Positions 35,755 to 49,989 of a stretch of DNA of 64,000 bases are shown piece after piece. Source of the stretch: Selaginella moellendorffii. Its lineage: Eukaryota; Plantae; Lycopodiophyta. The notes beneath the pieces were generated by a model. The model ran no database searches. It saw only the letters and a program-made list of their open reading frames with translations, and was not told the origin of the DNA. The number at the start of each line of letters is the position of its first letter. Positions within the stretch are counted from its first letter, which is position 1. Made by a program: the position numbers and the translations under genes. Location of the stretch: contig NW_003314367.1 in NCBI RefSeq assembly GCF_000143415.4, positions 310,001 to 374,000 on the forward strand, given 5' to 3'.

Positions 35755-38700
35755 ATGCCTCGGCTTTGCAAAGTATTCAGAGGCATACGTCACCATTTGC
35801 CTCCAACTACTGACACTAGCACATATAATCATATTCACAACAACCTTGCATATGCTAATGAATAAACTAATCTAGACCTTGAACATGCTAATAAAAAAAT
35901 TACTTCAAATCTTGACAATGCTAATACAAACATAGCATATGCTGATGAAGGTCATACAAATATAAACCTTGAAAATGCTAATGAAACTAATACAAATATA
36001 TGTAATCATCACAGTTATACAGTCTATAAATTAGCACATCAAAATAATTATAATGACCATAAAATACATATGTTTAATATTGGAAATATGTCATCCATAT
36101 ATGTCTTTTGTGGTGCATTACATTTTGAAAATGAGTCAAGATCAATGTGCTGCCAGAATGGAAAGGTTTCCCTTCCCCAACTTTCATCTTTACCTACTAT
36201 ATTGCATATGCTTTTTAATGAAAATAAAAACTCCAATTTTAAAATTAACATAAGAAATTTCAACAGTGCTTTAGCTTTTGCATCAATGGGTGATAATATT
36301 AATAATTTAAGTGGTAAAGGCTCATATTGCTTTAGAATACATAGTCAAATTTATCACAATATTGCTACAGCATATCCTGCTGCTAACGTGCCACCATCAT
36401 ATGGACAACTTTACATGCTTGACGCATCTGAGGCTACAAATATTAGAAAGCAAAACCCATTCAACACAAATTGTGATTCTAATTTATTATTACAATTAGA
36501 TAAATTGCTAAGAACAATAAACCCGTATGCACAAGCTTTTCAAATGATGTATAATCTTGAATCACAAGAACAATATCGCTCAATTTGCAATGGAACTCCA
36601 AAACATGGTGTTTATATGATTGTTAGAAGTGAAAATATTAATCTACATCGTTATAATTTGCCACGGACTAATGATGTTGCTATTGTTTTCGCTATTGATG
36701 AGGGTGAGCCATCTCTTGACAAAGAAATATGCATACATTCATATAACTCACAGTCAACAAAAATCTCTATTCTTAATGAAAATTATGATCCTATAGTTTA
36801 TCCTTCACTTTTACCATTTGGTGATAAAGGTTGGCATAAAAAAATCTATCACAATGAGTTGCATGTAACGCTACTCCAGTACTATGCATATCGATTATCT
36901 CAACGAGATAGTATTGGCAACTCTTTCCTTTATGATCAATTACTATATGCTGAAAAACTCACTCAACAATTTATAGTTGATGCATATGTAAAGGTTGAAT
37001 CTAACAACCTTAATTTCTTTCGTACTTATCAAAAACACTTAAAAGTGGATTACTACACAGGTATTATGGACTATGTTAGCAACAGAGCTGTTACTAATAA
37101 TGCTAAACCTGGAAAAGCTATAATTTTGCCTTCTATATTTCCTAGTAGCCCACGAGTAATGCAACAACATTATCAAGATGTTATTGCTATTGTCACACAT
37201 TTTGGAAACCTAACTTATTTATTACATTTACATGCAACCCAAAGTGGCCTGAAATTGTGCAAAACTTACAACTGAATGAATCACCTGAGGATCGATCTGA
37301 TCTTATTTCAAGAGTTTTCAACTTAAAGCTTAAAGAATTCTTACATGACATAAATATCAAAGGAATTTTTGGGAAGTGCATAGCATATGTTTATGTTATT
37401 GAATTCTAGAAAAGAGGTTTGCCTCATTGTCATTTCTTAGCAATGTTATCAAGTGAAGACAAGATAAGAAATTGTGATTCGGTTGATGAATTTGTCACCG
37501 CATAGTTGCCACACCCACTGCTAGAACCAGAATTGCATAACATAATTATAAATCATATGATACATGGTCTATATGGTAATTTAAATCCTAAAAGCCCTTA
37601 CATGGAAAATAATAAATGCTCTAAAAATTATCCAAAAGAATTTAATGTTGAAACCATTTATTGTGTTGATGGTTATCCTGATTACTACTGACCCAATAAC
37701 GGACGCACTTTCATAAAGAATGGTTGTACTATTGATAATAGATGGGTTGTTCCTTATAATAAATACCTTTGTAAAAAATATAAAGCACACATTAATGTAG
37801 AGATCTGCGCTTCTATTAAAAGTATTAAATATTTATTTCAATATGTATACAAAGGTTATGATTGTGCAACATTAGAATTCCTAATTGCATTTGAAGAACG
37901 AGGGACTTTAAATTGGGATGAAATCTCAAGTTTTGTCGATGCTTGATATATTTCTGCTCCTGAAGCCATGTGGCATATATTTAAGTTTCGTATGCATGAT
38001 AAATCACTAACTATTATACACCTTCCAGTTCATTTACCCAATTTTCAAAATGTCTATTTCAAACCAAGTCATGAACAAGAAGCACTAGAAAGAGCCACTC
38101 AAAATGGAACAATGCTTACACAATAGTTCAATTTAAACGTGCAAGATACTAATGCAAGGCAATATACATATGCTCAAATTTTGTTATATTACACATATAA
38201 CAAATCCTTTCATAAATGGCAATTACACAAACGAAAAGCTAAACTCATACCAAGAATGTATTCCATATCTCCTTCTAATAATGAGTTGTACCACTTGTGG
38301 CTTATATTACTCCATAAAAAAGGTGTTATATCATTTGAGGATATATGTACTATCAAAGATGTTATTTTCTCCTCTTTTAAACAAGTAGCTATGGCAATGG
38401 GACTTTTAGCAGATGATTCAGAATGGCAACATTGCATGCAAGAAGTTTTTACTTTTAAAATGCCATCCCAATTAAGATAATTATTTGTTTTTATTTGTTT
38501 GTATTGTTCACCAAAAGATCCAATTCTATTATGGGATCAATTCAAAATTGATATGTTTGAGGATTATGCTAGAAATGATATAAACTATTTTGACATTGTT
38601 TTAGTCGATATTAATTCAAAATTCCAACAACACAATAAATCTAATTGTGATTTTGGTTTACCACTCCCAACTCTTACTCCCATTATCAAACACATGCTTA

Positions 38701-40124
38701 ATATAGAGATCCATGACCCATCACAAGACCAAATAAATGCAAACATAAATCAATTCAGTTATAAACAACGTTATATTTTTGAACTCATTATAAATGCCAT
38801 TGACACTAACCAACATCAATGTTTCTTTATTGATGGTACTGGAAAAACTTTTCTACTTAATACCATCATTACAGTATTACAATTTTAAAAAATAAAAGTA
38901 ATCAGTATGGCATGGATTGGGATTGCAAACATTTTGCTAAAATATGGTCAAACAGCACATACAACTTTTAAACTTCCTGTTCCTTTAAATGAAACTTCTG
39001 TCTCTGCTTTAACAATTAATAGTGATACTGGAAAAACCATTAAACAAGCAAATGTTCTCATATGGGATGAAATTTGGTCCACACACATGCTTTCTCTATG
39101 GTTGATAAATGTTTAAAGCATCTTAAATGTAATTCTAAACCATTTGGAGGCGTTATAGTGATTACAAGTGGTGACTTTCGTCAAACCTTTCCTGTTGTTC
39201 CCCATGGCCATAGAACCTCTATTATTTCAAACTCAATTAAAATGAATAGACTATGGTCACTTTTTACAACACTAACACTAACAAAGAATATGCGTTCAAG
39301 CAATCTTTGTATTTCTGAATGGCTTCTCAAACTTGGCAATGGGTAATAGTAGTTTGCAGTTGCCATGTCTCCCACCAAATATTATCAAAATACCACATGC
39401 ATTATCTATCTCTACACCTATTGTAAACTTTGTTTTCCCAAATACTGATGATATTATAAATACCTATACAACTACATCAAAGGTTATTCTCACCCCACTC
39501 AATGATGACACATTTAGAATAAATAATGACATTGTTGGAAGACTACCAGGTGATCCATATGTTTATTTGAGCATTGACACGGTTAACTCAGATCACCCTA
39601 AAGAGTTCCCAATTGAATTCTTAAATTCAATCACCCCATCGGGACTACCATCACACAAATTAATTCTAAAAAAAAATGTGATTTTGATTCTTCTTAGGAA
39701 CATATCTCCACAAATTGGTTTATGCAATGGCACTCGCCTCATTCTCAAGCAAGCATCTCAGAACGCTTTAGATTGTGAAATTATCATGGGACAATTCAAG
39801 GGATCGCGAGTTTTTATTCCACATATTACCCTTACACCTTCTGATATTGAAATCCCTTTCAAGATGTCCCGAAGACAATTCCCAGTTCGTCTGGGTTATT
39901 GCTTAACTATTTTTAAAGCCCAAGGCCAAACTTTCAACCATGTTGGCATTTACCTCCCCTAACCTATTTTCACACATGGTCAACTTTATGTTGCTTTGTC
40001 AAGGTGTAGATCACCTGAACAACTTCGTGTTCAAGTGTTTGTAACCCCCTTTCAAGGCAATCTTATACCACATGATCAACACTTTTACACTGTGAATATA
40101 GTCTATGCTGAAATTCTTAAGTAG
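35755..40124 (+). pseudogene. Helitron Rep/PIF1 helicase (RepHel), intronless, decayed
   Basis: Rep motifs LFITFTCNPKWPEI, VIEF*KRGLPHCH and KYLFQYVYKG. Helicase motifs DGTGKT, IWDE, GDFRQTFPVV, RRQFPVRLGYCLT..KAQGQT and THGQLYVALSR. Many stops and frameshifts. Confidence 0.95.
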
Positions 40125-40349
40125 ATTGACAAATACATGGCACAATTCTAAATATAACCATGATTCCACAAAACTATCTACTCAGCCACCCTTGACTTGC
40201 AATTGTGAGTTTCAAGTGCACACCACAACAAAGCTAGCACTGACTGGTGTGCCTTGGATGGTGTCCCATTTTAGTTATGGCAACATGCTATTAAGTTGCT
40301 AATGGCAGAAGTATACTTTTCATCCTATTGCTTCTTGAGTGCAGCTCTC

Positions 40350-42975
40350 ATTGCAATATAATGGTTTTCGGCTCATCCCAGGAACCTCTCTAGCGGGCTG
40401 TGGAACAAGTAGCAACACCTGCACCAAAGATGGACTTGGAAGTATTCTTTGGGCTTTTTGTGTTCAAAATGGAGGAATGCAACTCAATAGTGATCTAATC
40501 TAGCTTATATAATGCTTATAACACATTTTGTCAAGAGAATGTCTTTCAGTTGTGGAGTCGATCAAATAGCAAACATAACTAAGCTCAGGAAACCTCTTCA
40601 AATGGCATCAAATTTGCCAACCACCCAGCATTTGCTGGCAATTGCTAGTATAAACATAACTTTTCAACTATTTTCGCTGCTATCTGCTAACAAACAATAG
40701 TATACCATGGGAACTGGAAATCTTCTGGCTCGTCAAGGAGTGTAGCATGTGTTCAGGATGTCCTTGTTCTTTGCAACCTTGGAGTAGGGGGAACCGAAAA
40801 TACACATGGCAACGATGCTTTCCACATTAAAAAGTACCAATTTCGAAAGGATGAGTTACCTTTCCAGGAGTCCTGGCACATCAGCGATTTGTGTTGGCCA
40901 CTACTTAACTCAACACAGAGTTTGTTTTACCTCTTAGAGCCTCTGCTCTCGAGTCCTGCCGTGTCAGTGAGTCCCGCCACATCAGCATGTCCTGCCATAT
41001 CAGCGAGTCCCACCACGTTAGCGAGTCCTGCCACATCAACGATTTGTGCTGGTCGCCATTTAACTCAGAATAACCTTTCTAAAAATACGGTATCCCCAGG
41101 ACCTTGCCGTGTGCGCGTAGTTTGTCTGTAGGAACTTCAGCTTGCAAGTTTCTGCAGTGTTATTCAAAGCCGGCAAATCATCCGATAGCACAAACACCAC
41201 CATGTAGCCAGCTCTGTCTAGTATCCCAAAAGCAGGGTTCACCAAGTTCTTCAGTAAAGCATCCGAGAACTCCGTATACTGATCAACCACCCCCGGCTCA
41301 GCAACGCATCTAGTAGGCAAATCGATGATGAGAAGATCAACAGCTCCCTGGACACATTTCGGTAGAGACTTTGCACAAAAAAGTGAACAGTTCAGCTTGA
41401 CCTGTGACTGACAATCCAATCCTCAAGCTCCTTTAGTCCTGGCGGAAAAGGTCCCAGCTTTGAAGTACTACTGGACTGCAAGGTTTCCTGAATCTGCATG
41501 AATGATTTCCCAACTCCCGTTTCCGTTCTCTGGCATCAGCATCCTCAACATATCACCTTCTTCCGATCTGGCGACGGGGCTGAAGAAAAAGCCTGGCCCT
41601 TGCTGCCCTTGGTGGCCGATCTTGCTGACTTGTGTATCTTGTAGCTGGCCATCTCCCATTCCGGACAGCCACCGGGAAGGAAATCCAGCCAGAAAGGACA
41701 GTACTACACTTCAAAATCGCTAATGTCACACATGAGCCTGCTCCACATACATCCAAAATTTTCAGGGAGTGCATCATTTTTCCATTTGAAAAACCATAAA
41801 TAGATAAATATAAATAAAGAAACCAATTAAAGACTTGCCTGAATGTCATTCTTTTCGAACTCAAATAACTGAGAATGTAAAATTGTCGCACTAACTCCTT
41901 GTTCTCACGCATCCTCTGGTACATATCTAGCTCGTGCATCTTCATATACCAGGCCATAAACTCGTCAACGTAACTGCTTGCCTGTTCGACCTGCAAGTGC
42001 CATTCCCATTAGCTTTTTTCACAACTTGCTAAGGAGGTCTAAGACCTCCCAACCAAGAGTTCCTTTGCATTTGGTACTTCTTCACCCACCGAGGTCGCTC
42101 CTATGAAGATAGATAACAATTAAGTAATATATCAACAAAGCAAAAGAGGACTTCATCCACCTCTATGCTAAGTCCCATTACTCTTTCAATGGCAACAAAT
42201 TTCATTTTGTCAATATTTAAACTCTTATTACACAAGTTCTAATAAACCAGGCAGAACCTAAACCAGATACAATAGACTCAGCTTAATTCGCATTGCAAGG
42301 TTTCCTTTGTTCCTTTGGCACTAAGTGGTTAGTAGCGTCAGTGCTCTCCACTCTCAATAGGGTACTAAAACAACTGGTACTCCACCCACCACGTTCGCCC
42401 ATTAATTGCCAAAAGACATACCATCTTGTTTCTCCAAGTGAAATTACACTCTTTGATGAAAACCACCTAATAGAGTTTCAGCTGCCTTCAGTGACTTGCA
42501 TATTCACTAGCATTCGGTTAGTTATTTCCCCCACAAGCCACTAATCCTAGATAATAAAAAAACTCGGACAACCAGAAATCCACATCTCTCACAGGGACAA
42601 GTTCTATCCAAACATGAGGTGGTTTCACTCCACCAAGCCTTTCGGTTATGCCTGCATTTCAACGCTTCCACAATCTAATACCTTCAGTTCCATATCTGAG
42701 CATTGTGGAGCTCATACTATCTGGTTCACCCAGGGCCTTTACGAGCCTACCAATAACCAAGAATTTCCAAAACCACATTACAGGTTTTCAAGCTCTTCAA
42801 ACTCTCTCTATCGGTAAACTAGTTCTCCAGAGTTTCAGTTAGGTTCTCTAGTTAGCCAGGAAGAAAAACTCTTCCTACAGATTAGCATTCGTTTAGCTTA
42901 CAACAACTTGTAGCCAGCAAGGAATCTGGATCTTCCAACATGTTTTGAATTGACGTCCCATTTCGCAGTTCATCT
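40350..42975 (-). pseudogene. Multi-exon gene remnant with weak amino-methyltransferase-like motifs; partial second copy at 55140-56930
   Basis: Short GT-AG introns. Segments VDLLIIDLP, AFGILDRAGYMVVF and PELSYVCYLIDSTTERHSLD occur in beta-class order. No intact ORF. Confidence 0.35.
40951..41040. repeat. 18-bp tandem repeat x5 (GAGTCCTGCCACATCAGC consensus)
   Basis: Directly visible; one additional unit at ~40868-40885. Confidence 0.85.
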
Positions 42976-44251
42976 GTTTGAAAATAAACTAAAGAAAATT
43001 AAAACAGTCAACTAGTCTCTCTGATACCAGGACCCATTTCTGGTACTGGCTGCCCTCTCAAGAAGCCTCGACCTACGTTCCGACTCGGAGCTTCTATTTT
43101 ACCAACTTTCGAGTGCGGCATAAATGTTAAATGCTATTGCCTGGAGATTCTCATAAATGTTAGAAGCTAGCATTTATGTTGTTGCCATGGCTGGAACAGT
43201 GAATGTTGCCATGTGTGCAAGAATGGAATTCATTCGTGTGGCAGCGAGGGATGATTTGCAAGCGATCTATGGTGCCTTGAAAGAAGTCGTTGTTGCCATA
43301 GCTGGAGCAATGGATGTTGTGGCTAACCTCCAAGCCCTTCACGGCACTCTTGAAAGCTGACATTGCCACAACCCTCTATCGGGTAAGCATTTGTTAGATC
43401 TAGATTTTGTGCGGCTTTTAAAATACTGGATCAGGATTTGGATGGCTTGATCAGGTCCAAAGCGCAAAGTGGCGCTGCTGCTGGTTCAGTGATTCATAGA
43501 AACGACGAAGTGTTCTTTTTTTCTCAGGAAATTTTTTTCTGATTCGGATCTTCGGAAATAAAAAGGCTTATATGTCGTAAGCTTCTGATAGTAAGTCTTT
43601 TTCCGGGCAAGAACATAGACATGAACGTGGCCTGGCAGTATCTAATTGGTACTTTCTTGTAGGTGGATGAGACCCTTTGGAGCTGCCGATAGTCACTACT
43701 GGGTTTTGTATGGTAGAGGAACATGTGATAGAAGGAAGATTTACAAGCGATCCATGGTGCATTAAAGGAGGGTGTGGTTGCCATAGATAAATGGTGATGA
43801 ACTTAAAAACCACATAAATTGCAATGGTGCTAACAAGCACCATGGCAATAGGAAAACTCCATCACTAGGGTTTGCAGCAACAAGAACAAAATCAACCTTC
43901 ACAAATCAGGGTTTGCAGCAGCTATGAAAGACGTCACAAGAACCCTAAGCTAACGGTCCCTTTGAAAATAAAGACGTGGCCACTGGCGGCCGTTCGTACA
44001 GTGGTCTGGCGGGAATTCGAGTTCCTTGTGCCACGATCAGTGGATTCTCGCGATTTCTATCAGTACGTGGGCTCGATGACAAGAGGACGAAGAGAAGGAT
44101 GGCGCTCCATCTCCCCGACTTCTTTCGTCCTCATGGTTTTCCAGGTATAAAAAGATTGAGAGTGATCCTCGGACTGATAATGTAGATGGATGTGTAAGGA
44201 ATATGTTTCTTTTCTTCGTTAACTAAGACCTCGAGAAATTTTTTACAAAGC

Positions 44252-47200
44252 TCACATTTGCAGTGCCTCAGAGAAGCGTTCTCTCAGCCGCTCCACCTTG
44301 AGCACCGACGAATGCTGTTTCCCAAAATATGTCCGGAAGTTGTCGATCAGTATCCAAGGTCGTGTGACACCGCCATCACGCTACGATAATAGTTGTTCTC
44401 CAGCCGCTCGCGAATCACGTCCATGGAGATTGGTAGCGCAATCCTGCATTGATTGAAAACCTTTAGCTTCTTTCTCAATCGCAAGAGATTTTTCCAACTT
44501 GCCTGTCAAGAAAATCCGGCTTGCTCACGGCCTGCTGCAACCTCCACAAGCCATACTCGTCCTGCGAAAAGCAAAAGCTCGTCAAGCCAAAAGCAAAAGC
44601 AAAACCTTCCTCACGTCTATGATCGATCGCGCAAAAACAAACCTTGGATTGGTTCGAGTGGAGCACCTCGTCCACGATGTCGAGCAGCTCACGCACCTTG
44701 TCCTGCTCGATCTGTGGCGACTCCCAAGTTAAAGGATTCTCAACGTCGTGAAGCTCCCAGGGGCAGTGGTTCGTCGTCGATGGCTCGTCCTTGTACAGCA
44801 CACTGATGCTGTCCCAGGGGCTGTTTGGAAACTCGGGCGACTTTGCCTTCACCTGAGTTATCGTCCCTTCCCACCAGCGACCACCTTCTTCCTCGTCCGA
44901 CCTCCACTTGTCCCGACTGGACCAGTTCCTGGCCATGGAGGCCTCGTAGCGGCTTCTCTCCACTATAAAGTCGGCGAAGTCTGTCAGCTCCGGCAAGTCG
45001 ACGCTGAAGCTGCTGCCGCGAATCCTGTACCCGTCCATGAACTCAAGAGTCAGCCGGCAACAAGTGTTCCCCGACACCTCGAGAATGATGTACTCCAGTC
45101 CGGTGATCTCGCAGAACTCGACCGCTTGCAGTTCCCTTTTCACGCTTCTCCAGGGACCATCGTCGTCGAGCCGCTTGTTGTCTAAGTAGTCTTGATGTCC
45201 CTGCGATCGACAGTTTCAATTCAAACATAATTCAAGACAAGCTCGTTGGATCTCTTACCTGTCGGAAGTACACCACCTCATCACCATACTGTGGGATGTA
45301 GCGCGTCCGCTCCACCTCTATCAAGAGTAACCAGGACACGTTGCTCGGACTCCGATGCACCGTGCTCAGGTTTCTCCTCACGTGGAAATCCTTGTACCTC
45401 GACCCAACGTTCTTCTGCAGCTTCACTTTAAGTCTGCTCGAAGTTCTTCTTTCGGGCTTTCGGCGTCCATCGTCGTCGCTGCTTCTATCCCAGTCCGAGT
45501 CGTCGTAAGACGAGCTAGCTTCCCAGTGTGAGGAACGGCCGACGTTTCTCCTGCTTCTTGTGGACCTGCTGTTAACCACGCGACCCTGCCCCAGCCGTGT
45601 ACTTCTCCTGCGGCCACCTGAAGCGTGCTCGTCGGCCTCATAACACTCGGTCTTAGTCGCAACTTTGCGAGGCCTTCTCCTTGAGTAGACGGCCTTGTTC
45701 ATATTGCGCTTCATTTGTATATCGTCCACGTCCAGGTCCTCACTTGCCTGCTCTTCCTCGGGCTTGTAAGCATCCTCCAGCGACTCACTGTTACTGCCGG
45801 GTGAAACCTCTTCGTGGTAATCAGGGTCATTGTCACCATCTGGAGCTTCTCCATTCTGTAAGGACTCATTGCTCATAAGAGTGTGATTCTGCTCTCGTCT
45901 CTGCTGTTCGTCACGGTAGTCAGCTGAAAGAGACCTCTCCGACTCGGACTCGCTAATGATCGCCCTTGCCACCACCTTTGTGTCTCCGTTTTCTACACGA
46001 GTCGCTTCAAGGCCTTTCTTGGTATCACAAGGAACGTCTACCAGTTTATCCTCTTCGGAGCTGCTGCTGCTGTGATAAGGCATGCGAGCACGCTTGGCTG
46101 CTTTCCCCTTCTTCCATATGTATCCCTGTTTGTCGTCAGACGAAACAGCTTCAGTGGGATTCTCGTCCGCGATAAAACCATCTGTTTCTGGATGACTGTC
46201 ATTAGCCTCGGCCACGGGGACCTTAGAAGTGCCTTGTTCTGGTATTTCGAGGCTCCGAAAAGTATCCTCGTTGTTGGACGTTTGTGCACAGTTTCTCAAC
46301 TTGAGTACTAACTTTCGCTGAGACCTTGGCCGCCTGCATTCACCCACATCCGAAGTCTCTGCGGGACTCTTCTTCGGAGGTTCATCGTCTTCACGTTCCT
46401 GAGTTTCTGTAAGAACTTTCCCGTTGCGTAGAAGCCTCTGGTTCTCGTTCTCTCCAGATGTACCAGGTCTTTTGGCATCCTCAGCGGCCAGGCGGCGTGC
46501 TTCGTCGTCTTCGTACTCATGTAAGCTCGAAAACATGGTCAACGCATTCCGAGCTGCCATCCTCATAGGCCTCAATGCATGGTCTGGGTTTGACTTTCTT
46601 ATCCGCTTTCTAGACCTCAGCCTCTGCATTTCCTCAGGCATCAAAAGAGCATTGTTTGACTCCTCCAAGCGCCTGCGCTTTTGCTTCCTCACCAAGGTTG
46701 CGAGTACCTGTAGTGGACAATCACCATTGAAGTTATCAGAGACGCAAAAGCTGGACGTACGTACCTCTCTCTTCTTTTTCCTTGTTCTTCGGTTACGAAG
46801 CCCATCAGAATCGATTTCGTCAATTTCTTTGTCGGTTGTTTCCGATTCACAGATCGTACCACTTTCTTCTCGAGCTTTCTTCGCTCGCGCAGTAATCAGA
46901 ACCAGAATCGTCACTCAATCCAGTGACTTCTTCATCCCAGTCCATTGCCTCACCATCCGCCGGTTGTTCTACCCATCTGTTGCCTTGCTGGTTTGTTTGC
47001 TCGATTGCTTGTAGAGCGGCAACTACTGCTTGAGGCTGATCTTGAGGAATAAACGCTGGATCATCAAACGTTCCCACTGCGAGCTGAACTGATGGTGGTT
47101 GCCAGTAGCAACCTAGGAGTCCCAGACGACGTTGCTGGTACGAACTTTGATAAGGTTCTGGATAGGGAATCAAGCCTGAAAATGAAACAGAAAAATAAGT

Positions 47201-48135
47201 TGGACGAGGTGAGAAGTCACCAGCTTACTTGCATCGCACAAGAGATCTTGAAGATTCCTTTGATGAGGAGGCAACTGAGTTTCCTGTAAAAGAAAGATAC
47301 TCAGTTTTTGCAAGAACAATACCCGAAAAGAACAACACTCAGGACTAAAACTAAATAAAAGCACTTACATCATTTTATTTACCTGATCGAGAACGTTTCC
47401 ATGAGTATCTCGAACAAGAGGCCGATAATCTCCAAGAAAAAACTAAACAAAACCCGAAAAACAAACAAACAAAAAAAAGCTGTTAGGAGAAGGAGATGAA
47501 GCTAATCTTCCTGATACCTGGTCGTATTTCGCATCTTCGTCGTCTTGACTTGGTGGTGCTCCCGTAGAAAAAAGGTAGACCTGGCCGACCTCATCGGAAA
47601 CAACCAATGAGGTTCCATCCCTGAAAATTGGCAAACATGAGAACAGTATATGGATATGAGAACAAGCTTACGGTGAAAAGTTGCCATCGACAAGATTATA
47701 ATCTCCCGTCTCAAATGTCCTTACTGGACGGCCCTCCCAGATCTAAAACAAAATTCGTGATCATTTTTTTTGAGCGAATACACTTACATCCCACACAATA
47801 ACTCGGCCATCGTAGCCCGCACTCATTGCAATGTGAGGATTGCATGGATGTACATCTAGCACGTAAGTCTAAATAATAGATGTTAAGAAAGAATAGAATC
47901 AATAAATTCAATACCTGCTTGGTATGGCCAGTTAAACAGTGCACCAGACTGCCATCAACCGCATTCCAGACACATATCCGGCAATCTGCACATCCATGTT
48001 ATTCCATAAAATTAGTTCGTGAGGTATCTTACCCATAATCGCGGCGAGTACAAAACGATTGTCCAAACTCCAGACTATCATATTAACACCTCGAGGAGTT
48101 GGAAGCAGTTTTTGTTGAGGTCCACCGCGCTTTTC
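44252..48135 (-). pseudogene. BRWD/PHIP-like WD40-bromodomain gene, damaged and 5'-truncated copy
   Basis: PTPRGVNMIVWSLDNRFVLAAIM, DGTSLVVSDEVGQVYLFSTG, PYPEPYQSSYQQRRLG and RYIPQYGDEVVYFRQ. Relative to copy 2 it has frameshifting deletions near 46868 and 44355 and has lost CQVW. Confidence 0.88.
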
Positions 48136-48234
48136 GAGGATTCTCTGTAACAGTTTATTTCCGAATGGAGTTGGCTTGGTGGCCGGCTGTTTTGATTTCA
48201 CTCCTCAAACTTGCGGACGGGATTCCCGTCACTC

Positions 48235-49777
48235 ATGAAGTCTTCAACAACAGGAAAGGCCTGTGTCAACCCGTATCACTACACCTGCAGGGAGTTTTCG
48301 GTCTGTGAAACTATCAAGCACTTCAATGACTCTGAATCTTTCGTTTTCTTCTGCCGCAGGTTCCAACCAAGGATGGATTTCTGCTGGGTGTGCAACGAAT
48401 GTATGCTGCGAACAGATCCAAGGGGCCGGTGTTTCTGTACCATGGCATTATGCAGGTGCGTCTTCGTTCCTCTTTATCAATTCTTGTTCTGACTGATTGC
48501 TTGCGTGAGTTGAATTGCGTTGCAGGGAGGAGAGGTGTGGGTTGTGAATCAACCAAAGGTCACTCGCATTTCTGCTCGCCGACGCTGGTTACGATGTCTT
48601 CATCGGAAACACAAGAACTTCCAACTTCAGCTACGGCCATTCCTCATTAACACGCTGAGACGATGTAGACAGACACGCACTCCACTCTTTGAGTTTGAGT
48701 CTTCTGACGAGCCGCTTTGCAGGACTATTGGGACTGGACCTGGGATACTCTGGTTGACCAAGATTTGCCAAACATGCTACGTTTCGTGCATGCTCAGACG
48801 AATCAACGAGCAATGTATGTCGGCTTCTCGCAGGTAAACTCTTTTACTCTTTTACTCTTTCTTCATTTCCAATGTTCTAAACTTTCACTACGAGTCTTTT
48901 GCAATGACTGCTTTTGCTGCGTTTTCCCGTGGAGACGTTTCAGGCCAGGTCAAGAAGGCCGCAATGCTCCCGTTGCGTACTTAGAGCATGTTGACGCCCC
49001 TATGCTCTCCGTCGCTTCGCGGATGTACTTAGACAAGGTTTTTTTTTTCATTTTTCATTTCCGCTTTTTGTAACTCCTGGTTCCTGTCAGATCCTTCTGC
49101 TGGCGGGCGTGTTTGAGTTTCGCGTTGAAAAGTATGTATCACAGAAGTATTTTTGCGTTCCACCGGGTCTGATTCAATGCAGCCAAGATCAGTTCGGGAG
49201 GCAGAAGGGTGATCAACTCCGTCTGCAAGTTTCAGCGAACGGAACATGAGGATTGCTTCAACAATGTGCTGGATCTTGTCACAGGAACTACTGTGATAAT
49301 CTCGCCTTCAACCAGCTTCCGGAAACTAATGCAGGACCGAACTGCTGCATCAATCCAACAAGAAGATCCCGGTACGAGATGCAGGGAACCTCGATGAGAA
49401 ATCTTGCGCAAATGGCTCAGTGTAAGAAATCTGCTGCGTTTTTTTATTCCTCCATCATCCTTTTCGACATCATCGTTGCAGTGGTACGATCTGGAGAGTT
49501 TCAAAAGTATGATCACGGCGCCATTGGCAATCTTATGCACTACGGAAGCATGAATCCGCCATCGTATGACCTCTCCAAGATCCCCAGTGACATTCTGCTG
49601 ATCCGGGGAGAGAAGGATGAACTCGCTGACAGAGAAGATGTTGAGCGTCTAGTGAAAGAACTGCCAGGACATCCTCAGTTTGAGATCATCCCTCGCTATG
49701 CGCACGGTGATTTAGTGCTCGGAGCTAACGCAACTTCGTTGGTGTTTAAGAAGGTGCTCGACTTCTTTGCCAAGTGA
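48235..49777 (+). pseudogene. Triacylglycerol/acid lipase (alpha/beta hydrolase, LIP1/MPL1-like), frameshifted
   Basis: Exons give VPTKDGFLLGVQR, PVFLYHGIMQ, LAFLLADAGYDVFIGNTR, YWDWTWD, YVGFSQ, HYGSMNPPSYDLSKIP and YAHGDLVLG. Frameshifts near 48555 and 48970. Confidence 0.85.
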
Positions 49778-49989
49778 AACAGCTCTCCTGCCTCTGCAAG
49801 TAAACATACGATGCAAATATATGTTAGAAATGTTGTTTGGCGCCGGGGTTTGCATCCTGGAACATCTGCTGCTCCGGGTACTTCTGCCTACTGGAAGGCG
49901 TCACGGCATTTCGATTCAAAGCAGGAGATTCATCAGGAGGTATGATTTCTTCCTTAGAGATCCAGAAAATGCATCGCGCATTTTGATTT

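Noticed and set aside
43018-43029. PBS-like CTCTGATACCA
   Set aside because: No adjacent LTR, PPT or TSD found.
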